Source of the DNA: Peptococcaceae bacterium UBA4068
GTDB taxonomy: Bacteria; Bacillota; Dehalobacteriia; UBA4068
Reading direction: 5' to 3'
Length of the DNA: 64,000 nucleotides
Assembly: GCA_002382665.1 (NCBI GenBank)
Contig: DFZA01000009.1
Location: 294,495-358,494 of the forward strand
Positions 29,943 through 40,665 of the stretch are shown in pieces (within the stretch, counting starts at the first letter, position 1; each line of letters opens with the position of its first letter). The notes beneath the pieces are model-generated. The model was not told where the DNA came from and did not search any database. It was given only the letters and a program-made list of their open reading frames with translations. A program made the translations under genes and the position numbers.

Positions 29943-32348
29943 TCACGCACCGGATCCAAATAAACTTTCAAATTGATCTTCGCTCATCAATACTTCGCGC
30001 GGCTTGGAACCGTTTGGTCCTCCAACAACACCTTTGCTCTCAAGTATATCCATCAGCCGCGCCGCACGCGGATTGCCAATCGCCAAACGCCGCTGCAGAT
30101 ACGATGTTGAGGCCTGTTTGCTGGCAATAATCAGCGCGCCCGCCTTGTAAAACAGATCGTCCAAATCCTCGTCAAGTTCATCCATGCGGTTGCTGACAGC
30201 AGCGGCAGTCGCCTGCTCGGAAAAGTTTTGCGAAGCTTGTTCGGAGCAGTAATCAACTAATTTGGCAATATCTTTTTCGCTAATAAAAGTGCCTTGAATA
30301 CGCATTGGCTTATTAGCGCCAATCGGGTAATATAGCATATCTCCACGGCCCAGAAGTTTTTCGGCTCCGGCCATATCAAGTATCGTACGTGAATCAGTAT
30401 TTGAAGAAACGGCAAAAGCTATTCTTGAAGGGATATTTGCTTTAATCAAACCGGTAATAACGTCAACAGAAGGACGTTGTGTAGCCACTACCAGGTGAAT
30501 ACCTGCGGCACGCGCCAACTGGGCGATACGACAGATCGATTCTTCAACATCTCTTTTTGCAACCAGCATCAAATCAGCAAGCTCATCAATAATAACCACT
30601 ATATAAGGCAGCGGATTATCCGGATTCGCAGCGTTATAACCTGCGAAATCCTTGGTTGCGGAAGCAGCAAACAGCGTATAACGGTCTTCCATCTCCGTAA
30701 CTATCCATTTGAGAGAATTTGCGGCTTTTTTACAATCCGTAACAATCGGTATTAACAAATGCGGCAGTTGGCGGTAGGCGGTCATCTCAACTTTTTTAGG
30801 ATCTACCAGCATCAACTTAACTTCATCAGGTTTGGCTTTAAAAAGAAGGCTGCAGATGATCGAATTAAGACAGATGCTTTTACCGCTGCCGGTAGCGCCG
30901 GAAATCAGCAGATGTGGCATCTTTGCCAAATCGCCAACAATTGATTCTCCGCCGATATTTTTGCCGAGCGCAAACGAAAGCTTGGCCGAACTGTCTATAA
31001 ACTCTTTACTTTCAAGAACCTCGCGAAAATATACCGTATCGGTAACACGGCGCGCAACTTCAATACCTATCGCCGACTTGCCGGGAATAGGCGCTTCAAT
31101 TCGCACTGCCGGAGCTGCCAGTGTTAAGGCTATATCATCCGCCAAACTGGTTATACGCGCAACTTTAACGCCTGGGGCCGGTTGCAGCTCATAACGAGTT
31201 ACTGCCGGACCGGGCACTACCTGAACTACCTCAGCTTTAACACCAAAATCGGCTAATGTCGTCTCTAAAATCTCAATTGATTCGGCAATGGCTTTTTTCA
31301 TATTAACGTCACTGCGATGTTCTCCGTGGCTGATTAAGGACGGTTCAGGCAATACATATGATTCTGCTGCCGGTAACGGTTGAGCAACAGGCACATTATC
31401 AACTACTGCCTCTGTTCTAGAAACTGCAACCGTAGCCGCGGCTGTTTTTGCTGCTTTGGCAACACCAGGTTTAGCAACAGGATCATTGCCAGCTTTTGCT
31501 TGCGATTGATCAACATCCTGTAAGAACTCGCGGGAAAAATTATTTTCTGTCGGTGGTGGCGAGATAAGGGCATCCTTGTTGCTGATTAACGGCGCGGGGT
31601 CATAAGTATTACGAATCAGCGAATGTCTGCGCTGATCTTCAACAGCTTCCAACATCAAGGCCGCGGTATTATTTTGTAATGCCGCTTTGGTCACAGTATC
31701 ATCCGCCGGATGATCTTCTTCGCCCGAATTGATTATGCCTAGCAACGAACGAAAAGCCTGTACAATCATCGCAAAAAAAGAAACGATTGAAGTTCTGCTA
31801 GATATTAAAATCCCAATCAGCATAACCGCCAGCAAAATAATCACTGCACCCGCCATGCCAAATCCGGAAACTAAAGCAAAGGCAAACAAGCCGCCAATAA
31901 TACCGCCGCCTTCAGACATGGCGTCCAGCAGATATGCCCCAAAACTCTGCAAAGGCATCCCGAGATTAATCAACCCTAACAAAGCGGCAAATAACATCAG
32001 TAAACCGACCATCCTTTTACTGTTGCTTTCTGTTTGGTTTCTGTTAAGCAGTACCAGAATCCCAAAAACCAACAGTAAAAACGGCAGGGCGATAGCCGCA
32101 CTGCCGGCAAAGAAACGCATCAGATTAACCAATAACAGACTTATTGCGCCTATACCGGCTGTCTGGGCATCAGTCGGGGTCAAAATATAGCTTACTAACA
32201 ATAACAGTGCGACAGCGATAATGACAATACCGAGTATTTCCTTTTCACGCGCCGTCTGGGCAGCAGTAATTCTATCGCCCTTACTACGTGAGGAGCTGTT
32301 AGTTGCAGTTTTTCTTTTTTTGCGCTTGGTTTTAGCCGCAGCCATCAA
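29943..32348 (-). CDS. ftsK: DNA translocase FtsK/SpoIIIE
   Basis: N-terminal TM helices, linker, motor domain with Walker A GATGSGKS, C-terminal gamma domain. Confidence 0.9.
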   Translation of the reverse strand: MMAAAKTKRKKRKTATNSSSRSKGDRITAAQTAREKEILGIVIIAVALLLLVSYILTPTDAQTAGIGAISLLLVNLMRFFAGSAAIALPFLLLVFGILVLLNRNQTESNSKRMVGLLMLFAALLGLINLGMPLQSFGAYLLDAMSEGGGIIGGLFAFALVSGFGMAGAVIILLAVMLIGILISSRTSIVSFFAMIVQAFRSLLGIINSGEEDHPADDTVTKAALQNNTAALMLEAVEDQRRHSLIRNTYDPAPLISNKDALISPPPTENNFSREFLQDVDQSQAKAGNDPVAKPGVAKAAKTAAATVAVSRTEAVVDNVPVAQPLPAAESYVLPEPSLISHGEHRSDVNMKKAIAESIEILETTLADFGVKAEVVQVVPGPAVTRYELQPAPGVKVARITSLADDIALTLAAPAVRIEAPIPGKSAIGIEVARRVTDTVYFREVLESKEFIDSSAKLSFALGKNIGGESIVGDLAKMPHLLISGATGSGKSICLNSIICSLLFKAKPDEVKLMLVDPKKVEMTAYRQLPHLLIPIVTDCKKAANSLKWIVTEMEDRYTLFAASATKDFAGYNAANPDNPLPYIVVIIDELADLMLVAKRDVEESICRIAQLARAAGIHLVVATQRPSVDVITGLIKANIPSRIAFAVSSNTDSRTILDMAGAEKLLGRGDMLYYPIGANKPMRIQGTFISEKDIAKLVDYCSEQASQNFSEQATAAAVSNRMDELDEDLDDLFYKAGALIIASKQASTSYLQRRLAIGNPRAARLMDILESKGVVGGPNGSKPREVLMSEDQFESLFGSGA

Positions 32349-32397
32349 ACTTCTATCCTTTCTTATCCAAGAAACCGAATATCAAATCAGCCTGATC

Positions 32398-33165
32398 TTA
32401 AACAATTTGTAATATTAAAACAACAATTGCCAACGCCCAAACATAATAGGAAAAAACGCGTAAGCTTTTTCTGGCCAATAAGCGCAGAAAAATACGTATG
32501 GCCAGATAACCGCTGACAGCTGCTACAATAGCACCTACTATGTAGCTCGGTTGAAAAACAAAAGCACTGTCGCCAGCAACATCATGCAGTTGTTTTACTG
32601 CGGCTCCGAGGATAACCGGTATCGATAATATGAACGAAAGTTTGGCCGCTTCCGACCGCTTGAGGCCACAAAGCAAGGCTCCAAAAATCGTTGAACCGCT
32701 GCGAGAGAGACCGGGCGTAATGGCAATACCTTGGAATATACCGACAAGCAAGGCATCCTTTAAAGTCATATCATTGACACTTTTTGTGCCGGAAAAATGG
32801 TCGGAGATCCATAATAATACCCCGGTTACTATCAGCGCACAGCAAACAGCAGTAATAGACGAAAACAGCATTTCGAAAAAATCATTAAGCAAAAAACCCA
32901 TAATTGCCGCCGGTATAGTACCGGCAATTATCATAACTGTGAACCGGCAAAATGGTCTACGTAATAAAGCGGCAATATCCGACCAAAAAGCCACGAAAAC
33001 AGCTACCAGTGTCCCTAAATGGACAAATATGTCAAAAGTGATCATATTACCACTGATCTGCATAAATGACTGAACAATTGTTAAATGACCGGAACTGGAA
33101 ACGGGGAGAAATTCGGTCAAGCCTTGAATTAGGCCAAGAATTACCGCTTGCCAAAAAGAAATCAT
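32398..33165 (-). CDS. uppP: undecaprenyl-diphosphate phosphatase
   Basis: BacA family signature (GLTEFLPVSSSGHL). Confidence 0.9.
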   Translation of the reverse strand: MISFWQAVILGLIQGLTEFLPVSSSGHLTIVQSFMQISGNMITFDIFVHLGTLVAVFVAFWSDIAALLRRPFCRFTVMIIAGTIPAAIMGFLLNDFFEMLFSSITAVCCALIVTGVLLWISDHFSGTKSVNDMTLKDALLVGIFQGIAITPGLSRSGSTIFGALLCGLKRSEAAKLSFILSIPVILGAAVKQLHDVAGDSAFVFQPSYIVGAIVAAVSGYLAIRIFLRLLARKSLRVFSYYVWALAIVVLILQIV

Positions 33166-33307
33166 GTATCCTCCTAAAATGACTATTTGTCAAATAATTC
33201 CAGACTAATCTAGTATAATTATAGAACATTTAATCACTGCATACAAGAGGCAATTGCTATATATATGTAAAAAGGCCAAGCTGTACACTAAATATCTTGC
33301 TCGACCT

Positions 33308-33511
33308 TTAATTTATTTTTATTTTACTTCCTAAAGCAAATCGTTGATCAAGATAGTCAGCCGGATTGCTGCTGACCAAGGCTACTATTTCGCCACCGCC
33401 TTGATCATCAGCTATGACCGTCACTTGCCTTCCCAAATAAGTTATCTGCCGGTAATCCGGTTGCTGCTGGGAAGCAAAAATCACATCTTCTGGGATGATA
33501 CTCCAGATCAC
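33308..33511 (-). CDS. YlzJ-like small protein
   Basis: 67 aa, overlaps the tepA stop by 4 nt. Same position as ylzJ after tepA in Bacillus. Confidence 0.5.
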   Translation of the reverse strand: MIWSIIPEDVIFASQQQPDYRQITYLGRQVTVIADDQGGGEIVALVSSNPADYLDQRFALGSKIKIN

Positions 33512-34338
33512 TGAACCACCTCCCCCGGACTCTGTTCACAGCGAGCTTGATTAATATTTACATGACTAGCTTCCACCGGCTGATTATGATTGGCTTCAAT
33601 CTGCTGATTAAGATAGCCGATAGCTTCGCTTAAACCGCCGACCCTATCAATCAGACCACAATTAACGGCATTCTGGCCAACTACAATTGTACCGACATCA
33701 CGCGCCAACTCACCGGTTGTCATCATTAACTCTCTGAATTTATCAGCGCTGATATTAGAGTGACTGGTAACAAAACTGACCACTCGCTCTTGCATCCGTT
33801 CGAGATAATCAAAGCTCTGCTGCACTCCCACCACCATGCCGGTTAGTCTGATCGGATGAATTGTCATAGTGGCTGTAGGTGCAATAAACGACGTGTCGGC
33901 CGCTACCGCAATCGGCACACCGATGCTATGGCCGCCACCTAAAACCAATGACACTGTCGGTTTGGAAATAGAGGCGATAATTTCAGCTATCGCTAAACCG
34001 GCCTCAACATCGCCGCCGACGGTATTTAATATCACGATCAGGCCCTCAATATCGTGACATTGCTCAACAGCCACCAATTGGGGAATGATATGCTCGTATT
34101 TAGTCGCCTTATTCTGCGGCGGCATTACCAAATGACCCTCAACCTGTCCTATAATAGTAATAACATGGACATTACTTTTAAATTGAGGAAGGCTGAGTTG
34201 GCCAAAATCATTAAGCGCAGCTTCCTGATCTTTAGTTGGTTCGCTACCATCTTCAGGTGGAAATAACTCGGGATTGATCTCATTGCGTATAAATGCTGTT
34301 GCATTCAATAATGAAAAATTATATTTATCGATGGGCAA
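33508..34338 (-). CDS. tepA: ClpP-fold serine protease, TepA/SDH family
   Basis: ClpP/crotonase fold region ([15 protein letters not shown]). Downstream of rnj as ymfB/tepA. Confidence 0.7.
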   Translation of the reverse strand: MPIDKYNFSLLNATAFIRNEINPELFPPEDGSEPTKDQEAALNDFGQLSLPQFKSNVHVITIIGQVEGHLVMPPQNKATKYEHIIPQLVAVEQCHDIEGLIVILNTVGGDVEAGLAIAEIIASISKPTVSLVLGGGHSIGVPIAVAADTSFIAPTATMTIHPIRLTGMVVGVQQSFDYLERMQERVVSFVTSHSNISADKFRELMMTTGELARDVGTIVVGQNAVNCGLIDRVGGLSEAIGYLNQQIEANHNQPVEASHVNINQARCEQSPGEVVQ

Positions 34339-34394
34339 ATGTTAGACCTCCTTGGAGGTGTGTCCCAAACGCAACTTTAGCAATGCAGAACTAT

Positions 34395-36344
34395 TTATAC
34401 TTTAGTAATAATTGGGATTATTACTGGACGACGGCCGATTCTCTCGATAAACAGTTTACCTAATGTCGTACGCATCGCACCACGTAATTCATTAATATTA
34501 ACTTCTGCAAGGCTTTCCGGCGTACATAGGCTCAACACCTTTTCTTTTGCTTCATCAATAATATGCTCATATTCCTTTTCAAATATGAATCCTTTGGAGA
34601 TAATTTCCGGCCCGGCTAATATTTTGCTGTTCTTTCTGGTTGTAAAAACCAGATTAACCAATAATATGCCATCTTCTGACAATATACGGCGTTCCTTCAA
34701 AATAGTATTGCCAACATCACCGACACCCAGACCGTCGACGAGAACTCTGCCTGAATGAACGGCACCGTTAACGCGGGCGCTATTGTTCGTAAGCTCCAAT
34801 ACTTGTCCATTTTCCATCACAAAAGTGTTCTCAGCATCAATACCAAGCTCTTGCGCCAATTGCGCATGCTTAACCAGCATACGATATTCGCCATGAATTG
34901 GCATAAAATACTTGGGTTTAACCATATTCAGCAGAACCTTTAATTCTTCACGGCTGGCATGTCCGGAAACATGAATGGCATCTCCCTTCTCATGATAAAC
35001 CGTAGCGCCCTGACGGAAGAGATTATCAATTGTACGACCGACTGTTCGCTCGTTTCCAGGAATAGGACTGGCGGAAACCACCACCACATCACCGGGTATA
35101 ATATGCACTTGTTTGTGTTCACCGCTGGCCATCCGCGTCAGGCCGGATAAAGGCTCTCCCTGACTGCCGGTAGTAATAATCAAAACTTTATTGGCAGGCA
35201 GATTGTTGATCTTTTCAATATCAATCAATATATCGTCATCCATATCCAAATAACCCAATTCTCGGGCAATTGTCGTTACATTTTGCATGCCGCGACCAAC
35301 GATGGCAACTTTACGCCCACAATGAGCGGCAGACCAAATTACCTGTTGTACACGGTGGACATTGGAAGCAAATGAGGTAACAATAATCCTGCCTTTGGCG
35401 GCAAAAAATATTTTATCAAAGGTATAGCCAACACTTTTTTCAGATTCGGTAAAACCTTTCTTTTCTACGTTAGTGCTATCAGCCATCAGTAATAGCACAC
35501 CCTTTTCACCTAGTGCAGATATGCGGCCAAAATCCATCAACTGACCATCGATCGGCGTCATATCCATTTTAAAGTCGCTTACCATTAAGACAGTTCCTAC
35601 CGGCGTGTGAATAGCTAAAGCCATTGAATCCGGGATACTGTGAGAAACCCTGATGAATTCCGCTTTAAAAGGACCGATATTAACCACTTGACGTGGTTTT
35701 ACCGTATGAAGATCGCCGGGCAATTTTCGCTCCTGGAGCTTTGCCTTAAGCAAGCCTAGCGTTAGCGTTGAGCCATATACCGGCATTTGCATATCATTAA
35801 GCAAGAACGGTACGCCGCCGATATGGTCCTCATGGCCATGCGTCAGTAGGCAGGCTTCGATATTTTCTTTCTTTTCCAGCAAATAACTATAATCAGGTAT
35901 TATAAAGTCAATCCCTGGAAGGCTGTCTTCCGGAAACATAATACCAACATCGACAATAATAATACTGTTATTGTACTCAAAGGCGGTCATGTTTTTGCCA
36001 ATTTCACCCAAACCACCTAAGGGAATAATCTTTAATTTATAGTTGCCGCTGCCAGAATTACGGCGACGAGTCTCTCCTGTAGTTGCAACCGGCGGTTTAT
36101 CAATCTTTTGTTTTAGTTTTATTGGTAATGTTTTAATTTGCTGCGACTTGTTAACAACAGTCTTCTGCTGCGGCTGTTTAGGCATTTGTGTCTTGCTATC
36201 CGCAGCTTCTGTCTTGTTTTCAACTTTTACCGCAGATGCATTTTTTGGCGGACGCCGACGACGGTGCTTGTTTGCAGGCAATTTGTCATTTTTTGTTTCT
36301 GACTTGTCGTTTTTTTCAAACCCATTGGTATTTGTTTGTGTCAT
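34395..36344 (-). CDS. rnj: ribonuclease J with a K/Q-rich N-terminal extension
   Basis: Metallo-beta-lactamase HGHEDHIGG, beta-CASP and C-terminal domain. About 100 aa of low-complexity basic sequence before the conserved KIIPLGGLGEIGKNM start. Confidence 0.9.
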   Translation of the reverse strand: MTQTNTNGFEKNDKSETKNDKLPANKHRRRRPPKNASAVKVENKTEAADSKTQMPKQPQQKTVVNKSQQIKTLPIKLKQKIDKPPVATTGETRRRNSGSGNYKLKIIPLGGLGEIGKNMTAFEYNNSIIIVDVGIMFPEDSLPGIDFIIPDYSYLLEKKENIEACLLTHGHEDHIGGVPFLLNDMQMPVYGSTLTLGLLKAKLQERKLPGDLHTVKPRQVVNIGPFKAEFIRVSHSIPDSMALAIHTPVGTVLMVSDFKMDMTPIDGQLMDFGRISALGEKGVLLLMADSTNVEKKGFTESEKSVGYTFDKIFFAAKGRIIVTSFASNVHRVQQVIWSAAHCGRKVAIVGRGMQNVTTIARELGYLDMDDDILIDIEKINNLPANKVLIITTGSQGEPLSGLTRMASGEHKQVHIIPGDVVVVSASPIPGNERTVGRTIDNLFRQGATVYHEKGDAIHVSGHASREELKVLLNMVKPKYFMPIHGEYRMLVKHAQLAQELGIDAENTFVMENGQVLELTNNSARVNGAVHSGRVLVDGLGVGDVGNTILKERRILSEDGILLVNLVFTTRKNSKILAGPEIISKGFIFEKEYEHIIDEAKEKVLSLCTPESLAEVNINELRGAMRTTLGKLFIERIGRRPVIIPIITKV

Positions 36345-36590
36345 ATTATTCTCCTATTAAATGATCTTTTAAAGGCAAACTAAATTAGAATGATTTAATA
36401 ATCAAACGAAATTTTTTCATGTAATAAAGTTCCAAGCATTTATTTCATAATAATATATATGTTATATATTAAACCTTCTGTTATTTTCCCCATAATAATA
36501 GAATATTATATCACACATATAATCAAAATGTAAAATATTTATTTACAATTTAAAAAGGCGTAACAAAAAACTGTTACGCCTTTTTGATTG

Positions 36591-36848
36591 CTAACCGCCA
36601 AATTTGAGAAAATCGAGTATCATCAGTGAACTGCCTTCCTCAAGCACATCCTCGCGCTCAACTTTGTGGTTGTTACACAAAGTATATGCGGCCAAGTCCA
36701 TTTGCAGCGTATCAATTACATTCTGAAGTGTAATACCCGAGAAATACTTGACAGTATAATGCTGCTCGCCCTCATGGAATATTTCCTGCTGATAACCTTG
36801 AGGATAATCTTCCACAGTGATATTTTTTACTGTAACATAGGTAAGCAT
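36591..36848 (-). CDS. MoaD/ThiS-like beta-grasp small protein ending in Gly-Gly
   Basis: 85 aa with a C-terminal ...FGG. Lies immediately downstream of the AOR gene. Confidence 0.5.
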   Translation of the reverse strand: MLTYVTVKNITVEDYPQGYQQEIFHEGEQHYTVKYFSGITLQNVIDTLQMDLAAYTLCNNHKVEREDVLEEGSSLMILDFLKFGG

Positions 36849-36876
36849 TGTAAAAACCTCTCGTTACGAATAAATA

Positions 36877-38739
36877 CTATTTAACATACTTGATCATATT
36901 CGCATATTCAGCACTCAGATCAATAGCATCCATGCCTTCCTTTGTGGGCACGCCATCTGGCGTGCAGCCACGCATCTCATAGTATTTATCAAGCATTTCA
37001 TTAAATTTATCTTTATCTAAAAATTGGCCTTCGGCTTCGCCGCCAGCAATCGGATCATTGAAATGGCGTTCAGGTAAATCATCATTTATACGTCTTAAGC
37101 CTTCACGAACGTTAAACATACGTGCCAGCATAGTAACGCGTGCGCCACACTCCATGTATGATTCTTTAGTATAGCCGATACCGGTAATAGCGTTGACCAT
37201 ATTGGTTGTCATATCCTCGCCATAAACACCGAGGAATGCCGGGAAGTTGCAAGTGCCGGCGCAATCGGCAACCGCCGTACCATAATTCTGGGTATAGATA
37301 GTCATTTCCGGTTTACCCTCATAAGAGAAACGGTCGCACATACCAAAGTTTTCCGGAGGAGTATAACATTTATTATGGTCGCCGCCGGTAAAGCAAGTAG
37401 CCATCGACAGAGCCATAGATTTCATGCCTCTGACATCATATGCGGCATGCTCAAGACCCTTACTTTGAATAGCGAAATATTCGCTGCCCTTACCTACCTT
37501 TTTGGAGGCAATCTTAACACCGTCAGTCAGTAAAGCGCCAAGACCTTCCTTATAGGCTATGTCATGGATTAACTGTATTAAAGCATCGGCATTACCAAAG
37601 TGTAAATCCAGGCCAAATGTATCTTCTTTGGTGAAGATGCCTTTTTCATAGCATTCCATTGCCCAGCCAATTGATACACCTGTAGACACTGTATCAAGTC
37701 CCAGCTCATCGCAAAGTCTGTCGGCGGCAATCTGAGCACCGATATCTTTGTTACCGACTTCTCCGCCCAAAGCAAACATCGATTCATATTCAACAACAGA
37801 CATCGCACCGGCATATTTGCCGTTTTTGACTAATTTTAATTGCGCACAAGTCATCGGGCAACGATAACAACCTTCTTTACCGACATTGAGTTCGGAATGG
37901 GGTTTTTCTCCGACATAATCGACATAATCAGGAATACCGCTGGTCTGCCAGTTTTTAGAAGGATAGACGCCGCGTACCTGATAACCGTCTGAGCCCACCA
38001 ATGTACCTGAAGCTTTAAAACCTTGACAGAACGGATTTTCTGAGAAAGTTTTAACTGTTTGTTTGACCAAATCATTAAAAGTCTCGGGATCAGCAACTTC
38101 TACTTCCTGTTTATTGGCTGCATGAAGCGCAACGCCTTTCAAGTTTTTGGAACCCATTACGGCACCGAAACCACGACGGGCAAATGCACGCATCATATCA
38201 TCACAAAAAACTCCCGCCAAATTACTTAAATTTTCACCGGCTGGGCCAATTACAGCTGATTTAATATCTTCATCATGAAGTTCTTGTTTCATTAAACGCA
38301 TTGCATCCGGTGTTTTGCTACCCCAAATAACAGCAGCAGGCTTAAACTGGACTTTGCCATCTTTAATATACAGATATGTAGGTTCTTCAGCTTTGCCTTC
38401 GATTATGATCATATCATAACCAAGCATTTTGAGTTCTGTCGGGAAATAACCGCCGGCAGTTGCAACACCAATGGTACCGGTAGCAGGAGACTTACTGGTC
38501 AGTGAGCAGCGGGATGAATAAATAGCTTTTGATCCGGTAATCGGACCGACTGCAAAAATTAGCTTATTTTCCGGACCAAGCGGATCAATACCCGGTTCTA
38601 ATTCATCATACAGATACTTAATTGCCAAGCCACCGCTACCGATGAATTTTACAAAATATTCATCAGGTATTACTTCTTCACGGTAGCTCTTGTCCGACAG
38701 ATTGATACGTAGCAGCTTACATTTAACTCCTTTTAACAT
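36877..38739 (-). CDS. tungsten-type aldehyde:ferredoxin oxidoreductase
   Basis: AOR N-terminal and alpha domains. Probable start MLKGVKCKLLRINLS is preceded by GGGAGGG. The tracker ORF extends to 38841. Confidence 0.85.
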   Translation of the reverse strand: MLKGVKCKLLRINLSDKSYREEVIPDEYFVKFIGSGGLAIKYLYDELEPGIDPLGPENKLIFAVGPITGSKAIYSSRCSLTSKSPATGTIGVATAGGYFPTELKMLGYDMIIIEGKAEEPTYLYIKDGKVQFKPAAVIWGSKTPDAMRLMKQELHDEDIKSAVIGPAGENLSNLAGVFCDDMMRAFARRGFGAVMGSKNLKGVALHAANKQEVEVADPETFNDLVKQTVKTFSENPFCQGFKASGTLVGSDGYQVRGVYPSKNWQTSGIPDYVDYVGEKPHSELNVGKEGCYRCPMTCAQLKLVKNGKYAGAMSVVEYESMFALGGEVGNKDIGAQIAADRLCDELGLDTVSTGVSIGWAMECYEKGIFTKEDTFGLDLHFGNADALIQLIHDIAYKEGLGALLTDGVKIASKKVGKGSEYFAIQSKGLEHAAYDVRGMKSMALSMATCFTGGDHNKCYTPPENFGMCDRFSYEGKPEMTIYTQNYGTAVADCAGTCNFPAFLGVYGEDMTTNMVNAITGIGYTKESYMECGARVTMLARMFNVREGLRRINDDLPERHFNDPIAGGEAEGQFLDKDKFNEMLDKYYEMRGCTPDGVPTKEGMDAIDLSAEYANMIKYVK

Positions 38740-38888
38740 TAAAAAATTCCCTCCCTGCATATTTTTGTTTAACAAATAGGATATATCCACATAACCAATA
38801 CTATTAAATGGTATTGTTACTAAATGGCAGTCTAATAACAAATCATATGCAGATATACCCTATTCATAAACTTTATAATTAATTATAT

Positions 38889-38972
38889 ATTACCAGAAAA
38901 GATTGTGTTTTACCACAAAAATTTTTGTTTTACCACAAAATATTTTTGTTTTACCAGAAAATGTTGGGTAAT
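38889..38972. promoter_or_regulatory. Four tandem approximately 21 bp direct repeats (TTACCAsAAAAnnTTTTTGTT-like) upstream of the AOR gene
   Basis: Units at 38891, 38911, 38931 and 38952, phased at two helical turns. The last unit overlaps the ecfT stop codon. Confidence 0.6.
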
Positions 38973-39748
38973 CTAACATCCAGAATGACAAAGAAGTAAG
39001 TGAACACAGCCATACCGATTGCAATAATAGCTATGGCAATCCAATCTCTTGAATGCATTGAAAAGTCGCTGTAATATGTTCTATTCTCAACAGATGCACC
39101 AAAAGCACGTGTTTCCAGAGCATTCGACATATTATCACTATTACGCAAACCTGCAATCAGCATTGCAGTCAAAATTGGCATGTAAGATTTAAGCTTTTTC
39201 AAAATGTTCTTTTTGGGGATATCAAGACCACGAGCATATTGGGCTTCGGTTACCATGGTGATGATTCCGAAAAAGACAGGCAGATAACGCAAGGCGATAG
39301 CAAGAGTTAAACCGTATTTGTAAGGCATGCCCAATTTGACGCAAGCTCTGACGATCTTTGCCTGGTCAGTAGCAAACAGCAGAGAGCAGCATGCAAAGCA
39401 CAATGAAATGATTCTGAACGCCATAGCGACACCGTCAATAAGGCCACCTAAAGTGATGGGCAGCGGCCCAACATAGAAGAAACACGGTCCGCTATGATAA
39501 AAAAATGGCCACAAAATAACAATCATTATCGTTACCGGCACAGTCAGTTTAAAGACCCACTGAAAACGGTTGGCAGGAATCTGAGCAGAAGCTAACATTA
39601 GCAGCATGCCAACTAAAAGAAATAAATTGAGCCAAAAATCTCTGACTAACATCGCTGCAACCATCAAAACTACGGCAAGCACGAGCTTAACCCGCGGATC
39701 CAAGCGATGCATCCATGAATCTCTTTTAACATAAAAGTCTAAAGTCAT
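38951..39748 (-). CDS. ecfT: ECF transporter transmembrane (T) component
   Basis: CbiQ-family TM protein, downstream of two ECF ATPase genes. Confidence 0.85.
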   Translation of the reverse strand: MTLDFYVKRDSWMHRLDPRVKLVLAVVLMVAAMLVRDFWLNLFLLVGMLLMLASAQIPANRFQWVFKLTVPVTIMIVILWPFFYHSGPCFFYVGPLPITLGGLIDGVAMAFRIISLCFACCSLLFATDQAKIVRACVKLGMPYKYGLTLAIALRYLPVFFGIITMVTEAQYARGLDIPKKNILKKLKSYMPILTAMLIAGLRNSDNMSNALETRAFGASVENRTYYSDFSMHSRDWIAIAIIAIGMAVFTYFFVILDVRLPNIFW

Positions 39749-39775
39749 AACTTTTCCTCCTTGAATTAAGCTATA

Positions 39776-40621
39776 TTACATCGCCTTTTTTGTCTTGATA
39801 AATTCATTAATGAATTCATCAACATTTAACGGGAATTCCGCGACATCAGGCGCGCTAAGTTCCTTGGATAATTCAATTACTTGCGGCGGTCTGATCTGCG
39901 TTTGTCTAAGCACTTCAATATTACTCATTACTTCTCTGGTAGTACCGTCAAGTATTAGTTTACCGTTACGTAAAACTATGCCACGTTTGGTGTTTTCGCA
40001 GATAACACGCATATCATGTGTAATAAGAATAATAGTATCACCGTTTCCATTCAATTCTCCGATAATATCCAGCAGCTCTCTGGCACTTCTGTGATCCAAA
40101 CCGACAGTCGGCTCATCCATAATAAATACGGTAGGACGGCACGAATATACCGCTGCCAATGAAACCTTGCGGCGTAAACCGAAACCGAGAATCGCCGGCG
40201 GATGCTCGGCAAACTCAGTAATTCTAAAGCTCTCTAAAGCGTCTTCCACGGCGTCTTTCATTTCACCGGGAGACATACCACAGTTTTTAGGTCCAAATGC
40301 CAACTCTTCCCTCACGGAAGGGCAGAAAATCTGATGGTCGGGATTCTGAAAAACAAAACCTACTTGCTTAGCAATTTTGCCGACCGTCAAAGTGGTGGCA
40401 TCGGCGCCATTTATCAATATCTTACCTTTGGTTGGACGCAATAGTCCATTAAAGTGTTTGATCATTGTCGTCTTACCGGAACCGTTTTGGCCGATCAGGC
40501 CAACATAGTCGCCCTTATAAATTGTTAAATCGATACCTCGTAATGCCTGAAAACCATTATCGTAAGTATGTTCTAAATCAATAGCCTGTATGACCGGCTC
40601 TCTTGTTGCGTCAATACTCAT
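39776..40621 (-). CDS. ecfA2: ECF transporter ATPase A2
   Basis: ABC ATPase Walker A GQNGSGKTT, signature and Walker B motifs. Confidence 0.85.
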   Translation of the reverse strand: MSIDATREPVIQAIDLEHTYDNGFQALRGIDLTIYKGDYVGLIGQNGSGKTTMIKHFNGLLRPTKGKILINGADATTLTVGKIAKQVGFVFQNPDHQIFCPSVREELAFGPKNCGMSPGEMKDAVEDALESFRITEFAEHPPAILGFGLRRKVSLAAVYSCRPTVFIMDEPTVGLDHRSARELLDIIGELNGNGDTIILITHDMRVICENTKRGIVLRNGKLILDGTTREVMSNIEVLRQTQIRPPQVIELSKELSAPDVAEFPLNVDEFINEFIKTKKAM

Positions 40622-40665
40622 AATAATTCTGACCTTCTTTCTCTAAGAAATATATAATAGAGCAT

